Positions 1 to 9,180 of a stretch of 64,000 nt of DNA are shown here, piece after piece (position 1 is the first letter of the stretch; every line of letters begins with the position of its first letter). Where the stretch lies: assembly GCA_001777575.1 (NCBI GenBank), contig MFEL01000018.1:72264-136263 (forward strand). The letters are read 5' to 3'. The notes beneath the pieces are model-generated. The model had not been told where the DNA came from, did not search any database, and worked only from the letters and a program-made list of their open reading frames with translations. Source of the DNA: Candidatus Doudnabacteria bacterium RIFCSPHIGHO2_01_FULL_46_24 (lineage in GTDB: Bacteria; Patescibacteriota; Doudnabacteria; UBA920; O2-02-FULL-48-8). The position numbers were made by a program, and so were the translations under genes.

Positions 1-346
1 TACGATATAAAAATTCGCCAATTGGCGTCTTAAACTTCTCCGTCTTCTTGCTGGTGGCGGAAGTTATGGCATACACTCCTTCCGGAATTAAGCCATAATA
101 GGACAAGGCCATTTGAAACGAAACATAAGAAGGCGCATAGAGCTTGTTGGCGATCAGGAAAAGCTTTTCCTCATTCAACTGCACATCCACAAACATATAA
201 TAACCGCGGCGCAGCTTCCTGAGATAACCCTTGTCCTGCCATTCGTTCAAACGCCGACGATGAAATTGTGGCTCAATCTTGCGAATGTCCATCAAGGAAA
301 ATACGAAAAAATCCTTTAATTGTGCTTGAAGTTGATTATATTGCAT
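1..346 (-). CDS. partial CDS (N-terminal about 115 aa, runs off the window start): AbiEi-like antitoxin / transcriptional-regulator N-terminal domain protein
   Basis: Manual translation of the minus strand from the ATG at 346 gives MQYNQLQAQLKDFFVFSLMDIRKIEPQFHRRRLNEWQDKGYLRKLRRGYYMF... with no stop before position 1. The W..KG.L.KLRRG.Y motif resembles AbiEi-type N-terminal domains. It is absent from the supplied ORF track, presumably because it is truncated by the window edge. Confidence 0.4.
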   Translation of the reverse strand, partial: MQYNQLQAQLKDFFVFSLMDIRKIEPQFHRRRLNEWQDKGYLRKLRRGYYMFVDVQLNEEKLFLIANKLYAPSYVSFQMALSYYGLIPEGVYAITSATSKKTEKFKTPIGEFLYR

Positions 347-429
347 ATATCCCTAAAGAATGCTATTATCCACACCCTTTAGAAACAAAATAACATATAA
401 TCTAAAAAAAGACAAATCCCCACAATAAA

Positions 430-1269
430 TTACCTGGCAGCATTAATCACAGTATTTTCAAGCAATTTAGCCACCGTAATCGGCCCCACTCCGCCGGGAG
501 TAGGAGTGATTAGGCTGGCTTTTTTTGAAACCGAAGCGAAATCCAAATCCCCCTTCAACTTCCTACCTTCGAAAGAGACTCCGGCGTCAATCGCCACTAC
601 GCCTTGCTTGACCATACTGCCTTTAATCATTCCGGGCTTGCCCACGCCGGAAATCAAAATATCGGCCATTCTGGTAAATTTCGGCAAATTTTTGGTGTCC
701 TTGTTGCAGACGGTTAGGGTCAAGGGCAGTTTGACTAGAATGTTCTTGAGCGGCTTGCCGATCAAATCCCCAGAACCCACCAGCACCACGTGCTTGGCCT
801 TAAAAATAATTCGATGGTGCTCCAGAATTTCCATCACCGCGGCTGCGGCTGGCGGCAACATTTGATTCTCTCCAATCAATAATTTACCCAAAGAAACCCA
901 AGTCAAAAAATCCACGTCAATCTCCGGCCTGATCCGGTTGAGTATGGCTTTCTTGTCCAAACCCTTGGGCAGAGGCAGTTGGACTATAATTCCATCCAAA
1001 GGATCTTCTTGAATGGCATCCATTTCCACGATCAATTGAGACTGTGAGATATTTTCCGGAAACCGGTATAGCGAAAACTTGACGCCAATAGCTTCGGCAG
1101 CTTCTTGTTTTTTGCGGACATAGGTCAAGGAAGCTGCATCGGACCCAACTAAAACTACGGCAAGGTGCGGCCTGGACCGCCGCCTTGCGATTTCTTTTTT
1201 GAGGCGCTTTAAGATATCGTCGGCAATTTTTTTGCCATCGACTACAATAGGCTTCATAGACTTAAGCAT
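430..1269 (-). CDS. folD: bifunctional methylenetetrahydrofolate dehydrogenase/cyclohydrolase FolD
   Basis: 279-aa ORF with the typical FolD layout (VVLVGSDAAS..YVRKK, GDLIGKP Rossmann motif, TPTPGGVGPITVA C-terminal motif). Confidence 0.9.
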   Translation of the reverse strand: MLKSMKPIVVDGKKIADDILKRLKKEIARRRSRPHLAVVLVGSDAASLTYVRKKQEAAEAIGVKFSLYRFPENISQSQLIVEMDAIQEDPLDGIIVQLPLPKGLDKKAILNRIRPEIDVDFLTWVSLGKLLIGENQMLPPAAAAVMEILEHHRIIFKAKHVVLVGSGDLIGKPLKNILVKLPLTLTVCNKDTKNLPKFTRMADILISGVGKPGMIKGSMVKQGVVAIDAGVSFEGRKLKGDLDFASVSKKASLITPTPGGVGPITVAKLLENTVINAAR

Positions 1270-1306
1270 TTTACCATGTAACCCAATTCCTTGTATAATC
1301 GTTATA

Positions 1307-1855
1307 ATGGTTACAGAAAAACAAATTAAGGCCTTGGTTAGGCAGGCTCAGCAGGGGGATACCGAAGTTTTTTCCGAAATCTATGATTTGTACGCGCCGA
1401 AACTCTACAATTTTCTTTACGCTCGCCTGCGGCATAAAGAAACCGCCGAAGATTTGCTGAGTACGGTGTTCATGAAGGCCTGGGACAACTTGGGTTCCTA
1501 TCAGCCTCGGGCTTCCGCCAAATTTTCGACCTGGCTGTTTCAGATCGCCAACTTCACGCTCATTGACCACTGGCGAACTAAAAAAGACGTCATAGATATG
1601 AGCAAGGTCGAAAATCTTTCCATTTTCGCCCAGGAGGCGAAGCTTTACGAAAATTACGAATTTCTTTTTAGCGAACTGATCAAGCTGCCGTCAGAATACC
1701 AGACAGTGCTGGAGCTGAGATTCAGGCAGGACTTGTCTGTTTCAGAGACGGCAGAGATCATGAACAAAAGTGAAGTCGGAATACGAGTGCTGCAGCATCG
1801 GGCGCTGAAGCTTCTCAAAAAAAACTTAGCCCTGCGGGGAATCACAGAATTATGA
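1307..1855 (+). CDS. ECF-type sigma-70 family RNA polymerase sigma factor
   Basis: Region 2 (FSEIYDLYAPKLYNFLYARLRHKETAEDLLSTVFMKAW) and region 4 HTH (LSVSETAEIMNKSEVGIRVLQHRALKLL). The start was moved to the internal ATG at 1307, which is preceded by TATAAT-like boxes. The track ORF 1199..1855 includes an upstream extension that overlaps folD. Confidence 0.8.
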   Translation: MVTEKQIKALVRQAQQGDTEVFSEIYDLYAPKLYNFLYARLRHKETAEDLLSTVFMKAWDNLGSYQPRASAKFSTWLFQIANFTLIDHWRTKKDVIDMSKVENLSIFAQEAKLYENYEFLFSELIKLPSEYQTVLELRFRQDLSVSETAEIMNKSEVGIRVLQHRALKLLKKNLALRGITEL

Positions 1856-2565
1856 AATTTTTCAGAAACAATGACAAACTGAAAGAGATGCTGAAGCAAT
1901 CGCAGCGCGATTTTTCCTTTGATCAGAAAGCGGTTAAGCAGACGGTTCTGGCGCATGCTGGGACTCATCAGCCCGTTCTGCTCGCGAAAAGTTATCGCTT
2001 GGCTTGGGCTTACACTTTTGCGGCCTTAATGCTGTTTATCGGACTCGGCACGACCTTAACGTATGCCAATACTGCCAAACCCGGGGACCGGCTCTATGCG
2101 ATGGACACCCTGCACGAACAGGCGATCTTGAAGCTGCCCCTGCCAGCGCAGACGAAAGCCAAAATCCAAGCCAACATTGCCGCCGAACGGACAGCGGAGC
2201 TAAACCAAATCAAAATCACCGGCAACAAAGTCGAACTGAAACTGAAAGCCGTCGAAACTTCCCAGCAGTCGCTGACGCAAGCAGTTGACAAAATTACGGA
2301 GAATCGCGCCAAATTCAAATTGCGCGGAAAAGAAAAGAGCGTCCATCAAATGGACGCGGTCCTGCTGAAACTGGAACAGCTGGCCTCGGAACAAGAACAA
2401 AAAGGCATCGAAATAAAACAGGAGCTGTCCGATCCCCTAGACCGGCTCGAGATCGAAAACCGGCTTGAGGAAATCAAAAAGGCGAGAACCAAAGCTCACC
2501 GACACCTGCTCGATCAAGAAGTGGAGATCGAGGGCCCAACCAAATATTTGGACAGTCCTTTGTAA
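1852..2565 (+). CDS. putative membrane-anchored anti-sigma factor (single transmembrane helix, coiled-coil C-terminal region)
   Basis: ATGA start/stop overlap with the upstream ECF sigma gene indicates translational coupling. One hydrophobic helix (WAYTFAALMLFIGLGTTL) follows a short cytoplasmic N-terminus. The assignment rests on gene context; no family motif was recognised. Confidence 0.4.
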   Translation: MKFFRNNDKLKEMLKQSQRDFSFDQKAVKQTVLAHAGTHQPVLLAKSYRLAWAYTFAALMLFIGLGTTLTYANTAKPGDRLYAMDTLHEQAILKLPLPAQTKAKIQANIAAERTAELNQIKITGNKVELKLKAVETSQQSLTQAVDKITENRAKFKLRGKEKSVHQMDAVLLKLEQLASEQEQKGIEIKQELSDPLDRLEIENRLEEIKKARTKAHRHLLDQEVEIEGPTKYLDSPL

Positions 2566-3236
2566 AAATCACGCTGGGTAGCAAGCTGCCCGCTGACCCC
2601 GGCCCAGACCAATTGCTTGTTTTCCAAATCAAACACTATTTTATCCAAGACCCGGGCCGGGACTTGGGGATTTTGGAAAACTTCCAGCTGGGAGGCGGAT
2701 AATTGCAAATTGATGCTTAAAAATTGCGACAACGCGCTGTATTCTTCCGCTCGCAATAACTTATGCGCCGTATACGCTCCGGCCGCGGTCTGCCAATCGG
2801 AATTGGAATAAACATCAGACAGGTAGGCGATATAATTTCTGGTTGCCTCTTTCGGCTCGGCCCGCTTAAATTCTTCATCGGTAATCCCCATGGCCGCAAG
2901 CAATTTAAGCCATAGTTCGCGGTCATGGCCAAGCTCGTCGCTGCGGCTCTGCTCCAACAGTGAGAGCGATGTTTCAGCCAAGGGGTCGTTTGACTCCGAG
3001 AGGTTGCCTATGGCGAAGCCCAAAAATCCCGGGTCGCCGGAGGGGCTGCCCCAAAACGCTTCTTCTGCCAGGAACCGCTGGAGCATAAACTTGCGCATTT
3101 TTTCAATCCGCGGCTTAGCGCCTCGAAGCAGCTGCAATTCGGTCCAGGCTTTGACCTCTGTGCCAATAAAGGCAAACAGCCACTCGATAAATTGTTCGCC
3201 CAATAAATTTTGGATTGCTTCTTCGGGTTTCTGCAT
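2514..3236 (-). CDS. hypothetical protein, possibly heme-oxygenase-like fold (TenA/PqqC superfamily)
   Basis: Track ORF 2514..3272, with the start trimmed to the internal ATG at 3236. The helical sequence has spaced E/H/D/W residues, but the family call is weak. Its 3-prime end overlaps the anti-sigma gene convergently by about 50 nt. Confidence 0.3.
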   Translation of the reverse strand: MQKPEEAIQNLLGEQFIEWLFAFIGTEVKAWTELQLLRGAKPRIEKMRKFMLQRFLAEEAFWGSPSGDPGFLGFAIGNLSESNDPLAETSLSLLEQSRSDELGHDRELWLKLLAAMGITDEEFKRAEPKEATRNYIAYLSDVYSNSDWQTAAGAYTAHKLLRAEEYSALSQFLSINLQLSASQLEVFQNPQVPARVLDKIVFDLENKQLVWAGVSGQLATQRDFYKGLSKYLVGPSISTS

Positions 3237-3278
3237 GATTCTATTGTAAGCTGGCTTACGCCTTTTGTGCAACTGTGC

Positions 3279-3284
3279 TAAAAT
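3279..3284 (+). promoter_or_regulatory. extended -10 element TGcTAAAAT (plus strand)
   Basis: The TG dinucleotide lies one nt upstream of the TAAAAT hexamer at about 3276-3284. About 190 nt downstream lies the 3448-3478 hairpin. Confidence 0.3.
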
Positions 3285-3445
3285 GGCCTTATTAACATGC
3301 CTTTCCCGGACTCTGCTCCAGGATCTAATCCCAAACCCAATGCAAGCTCAAAATTTCAAAGAAATAGCCCAGGGTATTTACAATATCATCGCCAGTGGCT
3401 TAATCGTCTTGCTTGAATGGGTTCGAAAAAAATCCCCTCGTTAAA

Positions 3446-3478
3446 AAACCCCGCTGCTCGCGAGCTGCGGGGTTTTTT
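3446..3478. terminator. bidirectional rho-independent terminator (ccccgctgctcg / cgagctgcgggg stem flanked by A-run and T-run)
   Basis: A 12-bp stem with one mismatch, followed by TTTTTT on the plus strand and by a T-run on the minus strand. It lies immediately downstream of the stop of the antiporter gene at 3477. Confidence 0.7.
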
Positions 3479-4433
3479 AACCTCTCATTATAATCACGGT
3501 TAAATAAAAAATATAAAACGCCACGAAAACTCCGCCTTCCCAACGCTCCAGCCGGTGGTGCTTACCAATAAACATCCAGCCGAACAGCAGCACTGCGGCG
3601 GCGGCGGCGATCATAATATCGAAGTTCAGATCGGAATTGAGGGGCAGCGGCCGGATGACCGAACTTAACCCCAGAATCAAAAAGACGTTGAAGATATTCG
3701 AACCCACGACATTGCCCACGGCTATATCCGGGCTTTTTTTGTATGCGGCAACCAGAGAGGTGGCCAGTTCCGGCAAGGATGTGCCCACGGCGACGATGGT
3801 CAAACCAATCAGGGCCTCGGATAGACCAAAGCTCTGGGCAATGCTAATCGCCCCGTTGACAATCCACTGGCCTCCGACCACCAACCCGAACAGGCCAAGT
3901 GCAATCATCCCGATGGAACGGAATAACGAATACTGCTTGGGATGAGCCAAAAACTCCTCGCCTTGGGCCTTGGCAATGCCAAAAGTGTAGTAAAGGAAAA
4001 TGATAAAGAAGGCCAATAAGGACAATCCATCGCTGCGCGTCAATAAATCAAAATCCATCCGGTCAACCAATCGGTCGTTGGCCATAAAAAACACCAAGGC
4101 AACGGCCAGCAAAGACAATGGAATCTCCTTCCAAACCGTGCCCTTGGTGACTTTCAGCGGGTAAATCACCGCTGCCAAGCCCAAGATAAATAACATGTTG
4201 ACGATATTGCTGCCAATGATATTGCCAACGGCGATGTCGGTATTGCCCTGCATGCTGGCAAAAATATTCACGAACAGTTCGGGTGCCGAAGTCCCGAATG
4301 CCACAATGGTCAATCCGATGACCAGATCTGAGACTCGCAGCCGCCGGGCAATGGAGGAAGCTCCGTCCACCAAAAGATCCGCGCCTTTGATCAGGACTGC
4401 AAAGCCTAGCAAAAACAAAGCGTAAGTAAGCAT
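3477..4433 (-). CDS. Ca2+/Na+ antiporter (CaCA family, YrbG-like)
   Basis: Duplicated alpha-repeat motifs GTSAPEL and GTSLPEL, and a multi-transmembrane 318-aa protein. Confidence 0.85.
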   Translation of the reverse strand: MLTYALFLLGFAVLIKGADLLVDGASSIARRLRVSDLVIGLTIVAFGTSAPELFVNIFASMQGNTDIAVGNIIGSNIVNMLFILGLAAVIYPLKVTKGTVWKEIPLSLLAVALVFFMANDRLVDRMDFDLLTRSDGLSLLAFFIIFLYYTFGIAKAQGEEFLAHPKQYSLFRSIGMIALGLFGLVVGGQWIVNGAISIAQSFGLSEALIGLTIVAVGTSLPELATSLVAAYKKSPDIAVGNVVGSNIFNVFLILGLSSVIRPLPLNSDLNFDIMIAAAAAVLLFGWMFIGKHHRLERWEGGVFVAFYIFYLTVIIMRG

Positions 4434-4461
4434 GTAAATATTTTACACTTTTATCCGGGTG

Positions 4462-4490
4462 TTGACAAAACCGCCTTTTTCAGGTATACT
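4462..4490 (+). promoter_or_regulatory. sigma-70-type promoter: TTGACA, 17-bp spacer, TATACT
   Basis: Perfect -35 at 4462-4467, a 17-bp spacer, then -10 TATACT at 4485-4490. AAAGGA lies upstream of the ATG at 4520. Confidence 0.6.
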
Positions 4491-4519
4491 ATACTGTTTA
4501 ATAAGCGAAAGGATCAGAC

Positions 4520-5194
4520 ATGTCGAAGCTGGTGACACTTTCAATCCTGATCGCTATTGTCTATTCCTGGGAAGACCTCAAACGCTTCCTCTGGATGATT
4601 ATTCGCTCTAAAGCTCGAAACAAAAACACAACTCGCAGTTTGCATCTCGATCAATTCGTCGCAACTGTCTTGATGTTTGTCAGCTTGCCAATAAGCCTGA
4701 TGTATTTTTTGACCAGCGAAATAGACTTAGGTCACAAACTAATCTTTATCGCAGTAGAGCTTTTGCTCATATCTATTTTGGCCTGGAGTTTGGGCATTTT
4801 TCTCAATCGCCTGCGGTTGCTCAAATTCGCCTCCGGCGCGGAAAAAATCGGCGTAGTCGCCTACTCTGTCATGGGTTTGGTCAGCCCGGGCCTAAGGTGG
4901 GTTGATCCTTGGAACATTGAACGAAGGCTCATCGCCAAATTTACTTTATTCCTGAGTATTCCCGCTCTGGTTGGCTTGGCGTTAAAACAGCTGGTCAATT
5001 GGAGCCCGACAACCGAAGCTTTGCCCAACCTCGATTTCTTGATCCAAATAGCAGTGGCCGGCCTGATGATCAACGTGACAGTCGAATTCCTTGAGCGGCA
5101 CATGAGACGCCATCGCTGGGTCTACCTGTCTGCTTATCTTCGGATTGTGCTTGGGATAGCGATTGGTTTTGCCCTCATCCGCGGCCTAAACTAA
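4520..5194 (+). CDS. hypothetical polytopic membrane protein
   Basis: 224-aa ORF with about 6 hydrophobic helices and a good promoter upstream. No family motif recognised. Confidence 0.5.
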   Translation: MSKLVTLSILIAIVYSWEDLKRFLWMIIRSKARNKNTTRSLHLDQFVATVLMFVSLPISLMYFLTSEIDLGHKLIFIAVELLLISILAWSLGIFLNRLRLLKFASGAEKIGVVAYSVMGLVSPGLRWVDPWNIERRLIAKFTLFLSIPALVGLALKQLVNWSPTTEALPNLDFLIQIAVAGLMINVTVEFLERHMRRHRWVYLSAYLRIVLGIAIGFALIRGLN

Positions 5195-5195
5195 A

Positions 5196-5228
5196 ACAGC
5201 CCGGTCGACTGACCAGGCTGTTTTTTTA
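5196..5228. terminator. bidirectional hairpin terminator between convergent genes
   Basis: acagcccggtc-gact-gaccaggctgt stem, followed by TTTTTTT. Confidence 0.6.
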
Positions 5229-7394
5229 ATTTAGTCCAAGGACAAAGAACAAGGACTTAAGCAAATCGAATTGATATTGGATCGAGATGCCACGAACTTC
5301 TCCAGAGGCGGATGGCGGTTCCAAACTTGGAGCAGTTGATTCCACAGGCGGTTTGAAATCAAAGGTTGGCGGCTGAAAGCTGCCTGTGGGCGGCTGTGAC
5401 ATCTCTGGTTTTTGCAATGAATCGGAAGGCCTGTCAAATACTCTGTCCTCGGAGCGCTTTTGGCAGAATCGGCCGTTCCAGCTGCCACCCTCCTGGATAC
5501 ACTGCCTCTGCGGATTGAATTCTTCCCTTTTTGGAACAGGAAGATTACCGTCCTCTTCCGGCCTGCGCTTAGATGCTTCATCCGATCCGCCAGCTGGAAG
5601 ATCACCTTCGCGCCGCGGCTCCTCAATCCCTCGGCCCGGAAACTGCTGCTGGCCTGGAAATCCTTCGCCGATCTTTTCCTGAAAAAATGCATTTCTCTCT
5701 TCCGCCCGCTCTTCAAACTTTCGGTACTGGTCTTCAAACTTAAATTCATACCGGCTCTCGAACCGCTGCTTCAAATCCTGCGGGATTTCCCGCTCAAAAT
5801 GCTGCTCAAATTTACGAACCTTATCAGGATCGTCTTGCACATCAAGTAGTTTTCGGAAATTGGCCGCTTGTTGGCGTTCAATCTCGCGAAACTTCGATTC
5901 AAAATTCGCGACTTCGCCCTGCAACTCGCCCTTAAGCTTTTCCAGGTATTCGATATCAGCGGGATTGAATGAGCCTAAGCGCTGGGCAAAATTGCCGTCC
6001 TGCTTCATCCGCTCAGCCATTTCCCGCTTGCCCACCTCCTCCATTTCGGCAACAAACTTTTGCTGCTGGGGCGAAAGCCTGGTTTTCAAATCTTCCATGG
6101 TTTTGAAAAAATTGGCGTCCGGCACAACCTCACCGCTCTCAACTCTGCGGTTTAAGGCCTGAAACTCTTCAGTCAGCGCCTGGGCATTTTGGTCATCGCC
6201 AAACCGGTTCAAAAATTTATCAACGCTCTCCTCATGCTTCTGCTGAACGTGCCGACGGATTTCTTCACTCGGCACAATATCTTTAATTTCATTCATGAGC
6301 TTGAGGTCCTCAACTTTGCCTTCTTTGAACTGAAACATGGCTTCGGTGATGGCTTGGCGGACCGCCTCCGAAGGGCCTGTCTCGATTCGCTTGCTGATAT
6401 GCTCGGCAATTTTGGCTTTCATTTCCGTCATCTTTTCAATCATTTCCGGCGGCAAATCGGCCCGGCTTCGGAATTGTTCCACCACTTTCATGCGCGAAAG
6501 GCCGGAACCGGGCAGTTGCTCGACATATCTTTGAAAAGTTTCAGCCTTGCGGGTGTCAGAACCAGAAAGCGTTTGGAGGTTGTTCTCGACATTGTCCAAA
6601 GACGCTTTGATGGCTTCATCCAGCGCCTCGTACCCATCTGGCAAATGTTCTTTGGCCAGTACCAGCGCCTCGGCCGCCGCAATGCCGGAAAACGGCGTCT
6701 TGAAATGTTTAAACGCCGCAGTCTTAAAAGCCTCGGCGGCTTCGGCGGAATCATCAGACGCTTTCAGCACCGCTTCGGAAGCCACAGCCAGTGCCTCTCC
6801 TTTGGTCCTTATAAAATCCGGGATCACCTCCGGATGATGCGCAAAAAGATTTTCTTGAATACTCGACAATACTCTAGGCGCGACAAATAAATTATCTTCC
6901 GCGACTCTGGCCGCCAACTCCTTGGCAAAATCCCCGTCTTTGTCTTTGATTTTTTCAATTTTATCCCGCACCGCGCCGAGCCTTGATTGGTAATCATCCA
7001 AAATTCCGACAACTTTTTCATTGCCGGGATCCAAGCTTTGCAACTTCACGGCTTCGGCTAAAGTTTTGTCTGATTGCCTCTTGAGCAGCGCTGCTGCTTT
7101 TTGGTCAGAAGCAAATGCCGAATATGCGGCTTTCTGGACATTGCGGCCGAATTTTTTGAAGCTGTAGCGAACTGAATTGAAAAAATTATTCGGCACGACC
7201 GGATCAAAATCAGCCGGCAGGCCAAATTCGGCTTTGATATCAACTTCGCCATCTGCAACCGCTTCGGCCGAAGTGGTTAACTCCTGTTCAACTTCAGCTC
7301 TGATCTCTTCCGATACCTCCTGAGCAAACGAGGCTTGAGGCAAAACTATTAATGACAAAGCCAAAAATCCTGACACGATAATTAACTTGCGCAT
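5226..7394 (-). CDS. large secreted coiled-coil-rich hypothetical protein with a Pro-rich C-terminus
   Basis: N-terminal signal peptide (MRKLIIVSGFLALSLIVLPQASFAQE), about 600 aa of E/K/R-rich predicted helices, and a PPTFDFKPP low-complexity tail. Confidence 0.5.
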   Translation of the reverse strand: MRKLIIVSGFLALSLIVLPQASFAQEVSEEIRAEVEQELTTSAEAVADGEVDIKAEFGLPADFDPVVPNNFFNSVRYSFKKFGRNVQKAAYSAFASDQKAAALLKRQSDKTLAEAVKLQSLDPGNEKVVGILDDYQSRLGAVRDKIEKIKDKDGDFAKELAARVAEDNLFVAPRVLSSIQENLFAHHPEVIPDFIRTKGEALAVASEAVLKASDDSAEAAEAFKTAAFKHFKTPFSGIAAAEALVLAKEHLPDGYEALDEAIKASLDNVENNLQTLSGSDTRKAETFQRYVEQLPGSGLSRMKVVEQFRSRADLPPEMIEKMTEMKAKIAEHISKRIETGPSEAVRQAITEAMFQFKEGKVEDLKLMNEIKDIVPSEEIRRHVQQKHEESVDKFLNRFGDDQNAQALTEEFQALNRRVESGEVVPDANFFKTMEDLKTRLSPQQQKFVAEMEEVGKREMAERMKQDGNFAQRLGSFNPADIEYLEKLKGELQGEVANFESKFREIERQQAANFRKLLDVQDDPDKVRKFEQHFEREIPQDLKQRFESRYEFKFEDQYRKFEERAEERNAFFQEKIGEGFPGQQQFPGRGIEEPRREGDLPAGGSDEASKRRPEEDGNLPVPKREEFNPQRQCIQEGGSWNGRFCQKRSEDRVFDRPSDSLQKPEMSQPPTGSFQPPTFDFKPPVESTAPSLEPPSASGEVRGISIQYQFDLLKSLFFVLGLN

Positions 7395-7478
7395 AATTTT
7401 TGTTTTATTTTTTGTTTCTGAGAGCTTTTTTCTCTTATATATAATTATAGCATATTTTCAAATTTTATGCAACATCCC

Positions 7479-7518
7479 AAAAACCGCAATCCTTAGCGGT
7501 TGCGGTTTTCCCTTTTTT
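7479..7518 (-). terminator. rho-independent terminator downstream of the DUF378 gene
   Basis: aaaaaccgcaa / ttgcggtttt 10-bp stem with a 10-nt loop and flanking A-runs and T-runs. Confidence 0.55.
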
Positions 7519-7525
7519 AGAACAT

Positions 7526-7753
7526 TTACATTTGCTGTCCGGCGCTGTCGTTTTTGCACATCTTGCAGTGCTTGCTATGCATAATCAATTCATAAAGCGC
7601 GGAAAGGCCGACTAACACGTAAACCACTTTCGATACGGCCGATTCCATGCCGCCAAAGATCTGGCCCACATCCCAGCCGGTTAACGCCCAAACGCCCCAG
7701 TTGAGTCCGCCGATGGCCAGCAGGATAAAAGTGACCATGTGTAATGCTTTCAA
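7526..7753 (-). CDS. DUF378-family small membrane protein
   Basis: FILLAIGGLNWGVWAL..VYVLVGLSALYEL matches the DUF378 two-helix pattern. Confidence 0.6.
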   Translation of the reverse strand: MKALHMVTFILLAIGGLNWGVWALTGWDVGQIFGGMESAVSKVVYVLVGLSALYELIMHSKHCKMCKNDSAGQQM

Positions 7754-7944
7754 GTTTGTCTCACCCCCTTTTATATAGGCTAGTTATTAACTTAAGCAAT
7801 ATCACTATAGCACAAATTAAATTATCCCTCGCCAACCAGCCCGGGTTTAGTTATTAGTTAATGGTTAACTCCGATTGTTCGCTTTACTGGCGTAATCGTG
7901 ATACGATTAATTAAGAATCAAGGATGGACAGTTGAATAAAAAAT

Positions 7945-8220
7945 ATGCCAGAAGCAAGGCGGTTCGAACCCAACAATCGGGACTTAGAGATTGAACAACT
8001 CAAGAGAGACTTAAGCAGTTTTGGCATTCAACTTGAAGCCGCGACTGAACAATCGGAAACGAATTATGAACAGATGTCGCCGGATGAAATCATTACGCGG
8101 TTAGTAGAACAGGGAGCCGAGTTTGGTCCGGATTTAAGAAAAGCGTTGAAACGAGCGCTGGCGGGCTTGGGAGGCGCGATGGTCAATGTCAGCAACAAAT
8201 CTATCCGTGTCTTGCTTTGA
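7945..8220 (+). CDS. hypothetical protein
   Basis: First gene of a five-ORF plus-strand block. Acidic; no recognisable motif. Confidence 0.35.
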   Translation: MPEARRFEPNNRDLEIEQLKRDLSSFGIQLEAATEQSETNYEQMSPDEIITRLVEQGAEFGPDLRKALKRALAGLGGAMVNVSNKSIRVLL

Positions 8221-8356
8221 ACAAAGCGCCAGCCATGGACAAAATCCGAAAAATTTACTATAATATAAGAAAGTAAATCAAGAGGCCGCAAAAAAACCTC
8301 TTTAGTAATATATACTGAAACAAAATCAGGCTAGAATCTAATTACATGTTAATTAC

Positions 8357-8809
8357 ATGAATGAACAAACAGAAAAGAATCGCGAGGCTGCCCGGGGAGA
8401 TTTATTGCAAAAAATCGAAGACGCTATTGATCGGGTGGTTGATTTAGGCGAGGAGGCCATGGACCTGGGCATGGACGCGCTGGAAAAAGTCGGTGATAAG
8501 CTGGAGCAAAGCTGGCTTGCGCATCAGATAATAAAGCGGTACGACCGTAGAGGATTTATTGATCCCCGGTTGATTAGTGGCTCTTCCGATGAGTATCTGT
8601 TATCTGTGCACCAAAGGATGAAAGCATTTACCGGGCTTTTAGAGGAGGAAAAAAAATTCATAGCCGCTAGCCCAACCGGTAACGAAGTTCAGGATCGCCG
8701 TGTTCTTGATGAGCAAAACGCTTTAATCGAAGGCAATGCCAGGGATTTGGAAATTTTGCTGACAGAAATAAAAAAGAGAGGACTTGAAAATGCTGCCGAA
8801 ATTGGATAA
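8357..8809 (+). CDS. hypothetical acidic protein
   Basis: 150-aa ORF with no recognisable motif. Confidence 0.4.
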   Translation: MNEQTEKNREAARGDLLQKIEDAIDRVVDLGEEAMDLGMDALEKVGDKLEQSWLAHQIIKRYDRRGFIDPRLISGSSDEYLLSVHQRMKAFTGLLEEEKKFIAASPTGNEVQDRRVLDEQNALIEGNARDLEILLTEIKKRGLENAAEIG

Positions 8810-8919
8810 TTTATTTTAAATTTATTGTCTTGCTCGTTCCAAATAATCACTACTCCTGAAACAAAAAATAATTAAAATAAAAAAATATAAATAGAGCCAG
8901 GGGCGATATTCCTCCGAGA

Positions 8920-9180
8920 ATGGATTCATCGGATCCTTACTATAATCCTGATGCCGAAAGTTTAAGGCAGGGAATAATTGAAAAACATCAGGCTAGAATG
9001 GAATCTGAGCTCGCAGATGCGCTTTGCCCGCACGGCAATATAAAATGGCAATGCCGCAAATGCCACGAACAAAACGAAGCCAAAAGAGACGCAGAAATAG
9101 AAAAGATGAGAGCCGACGCGGTTGAGGAAGCAGAGCATTTAGCAGAAAATAAGAATAATATTTATGAGCCAAGACATTGA
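8920..9180 (+). CDS. hypothetical protein with a Cys-cluster (CPHGNIKWQCRKCHEQ)
   Basis: 86-aa ORF overlapping the next ORF by 17 nt. Possible zinc-ribbon. Confidence 0.35.
   Translation: MDSSDPYYNPDAESLRQGIIEKHQARMESELADALCPHGNIKWQCRKCHEQNEAKRDAEIEKMRADAVEEAEHLAENKNNIYEPRH

Noticed and set aside
113-319. 68-aa plus-strand track ORF
   Set aside because: It lies antisense within the better-supported minus-strand AbiEi-like partial CDS. It has no motif and no promoter or RBS context.
1199-1306. N-terminal extension of the ECF sigma ORF (track start 1199)
   Set aside because: The extension overlaps folD on the opposite strand and is hydrophobic and low-complexity. The conserved sigma region 2 begins just after the ATG at 1307, which follows TATAAT-like boxes.
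7950-7980. tRNA-like GGTTCGAACC motif
   Set aside because: The flanking sequence cannot be folded into a cloverleaf; there is no acceptor or anticodon arm. The motif lies inside ORF 7945..8220.
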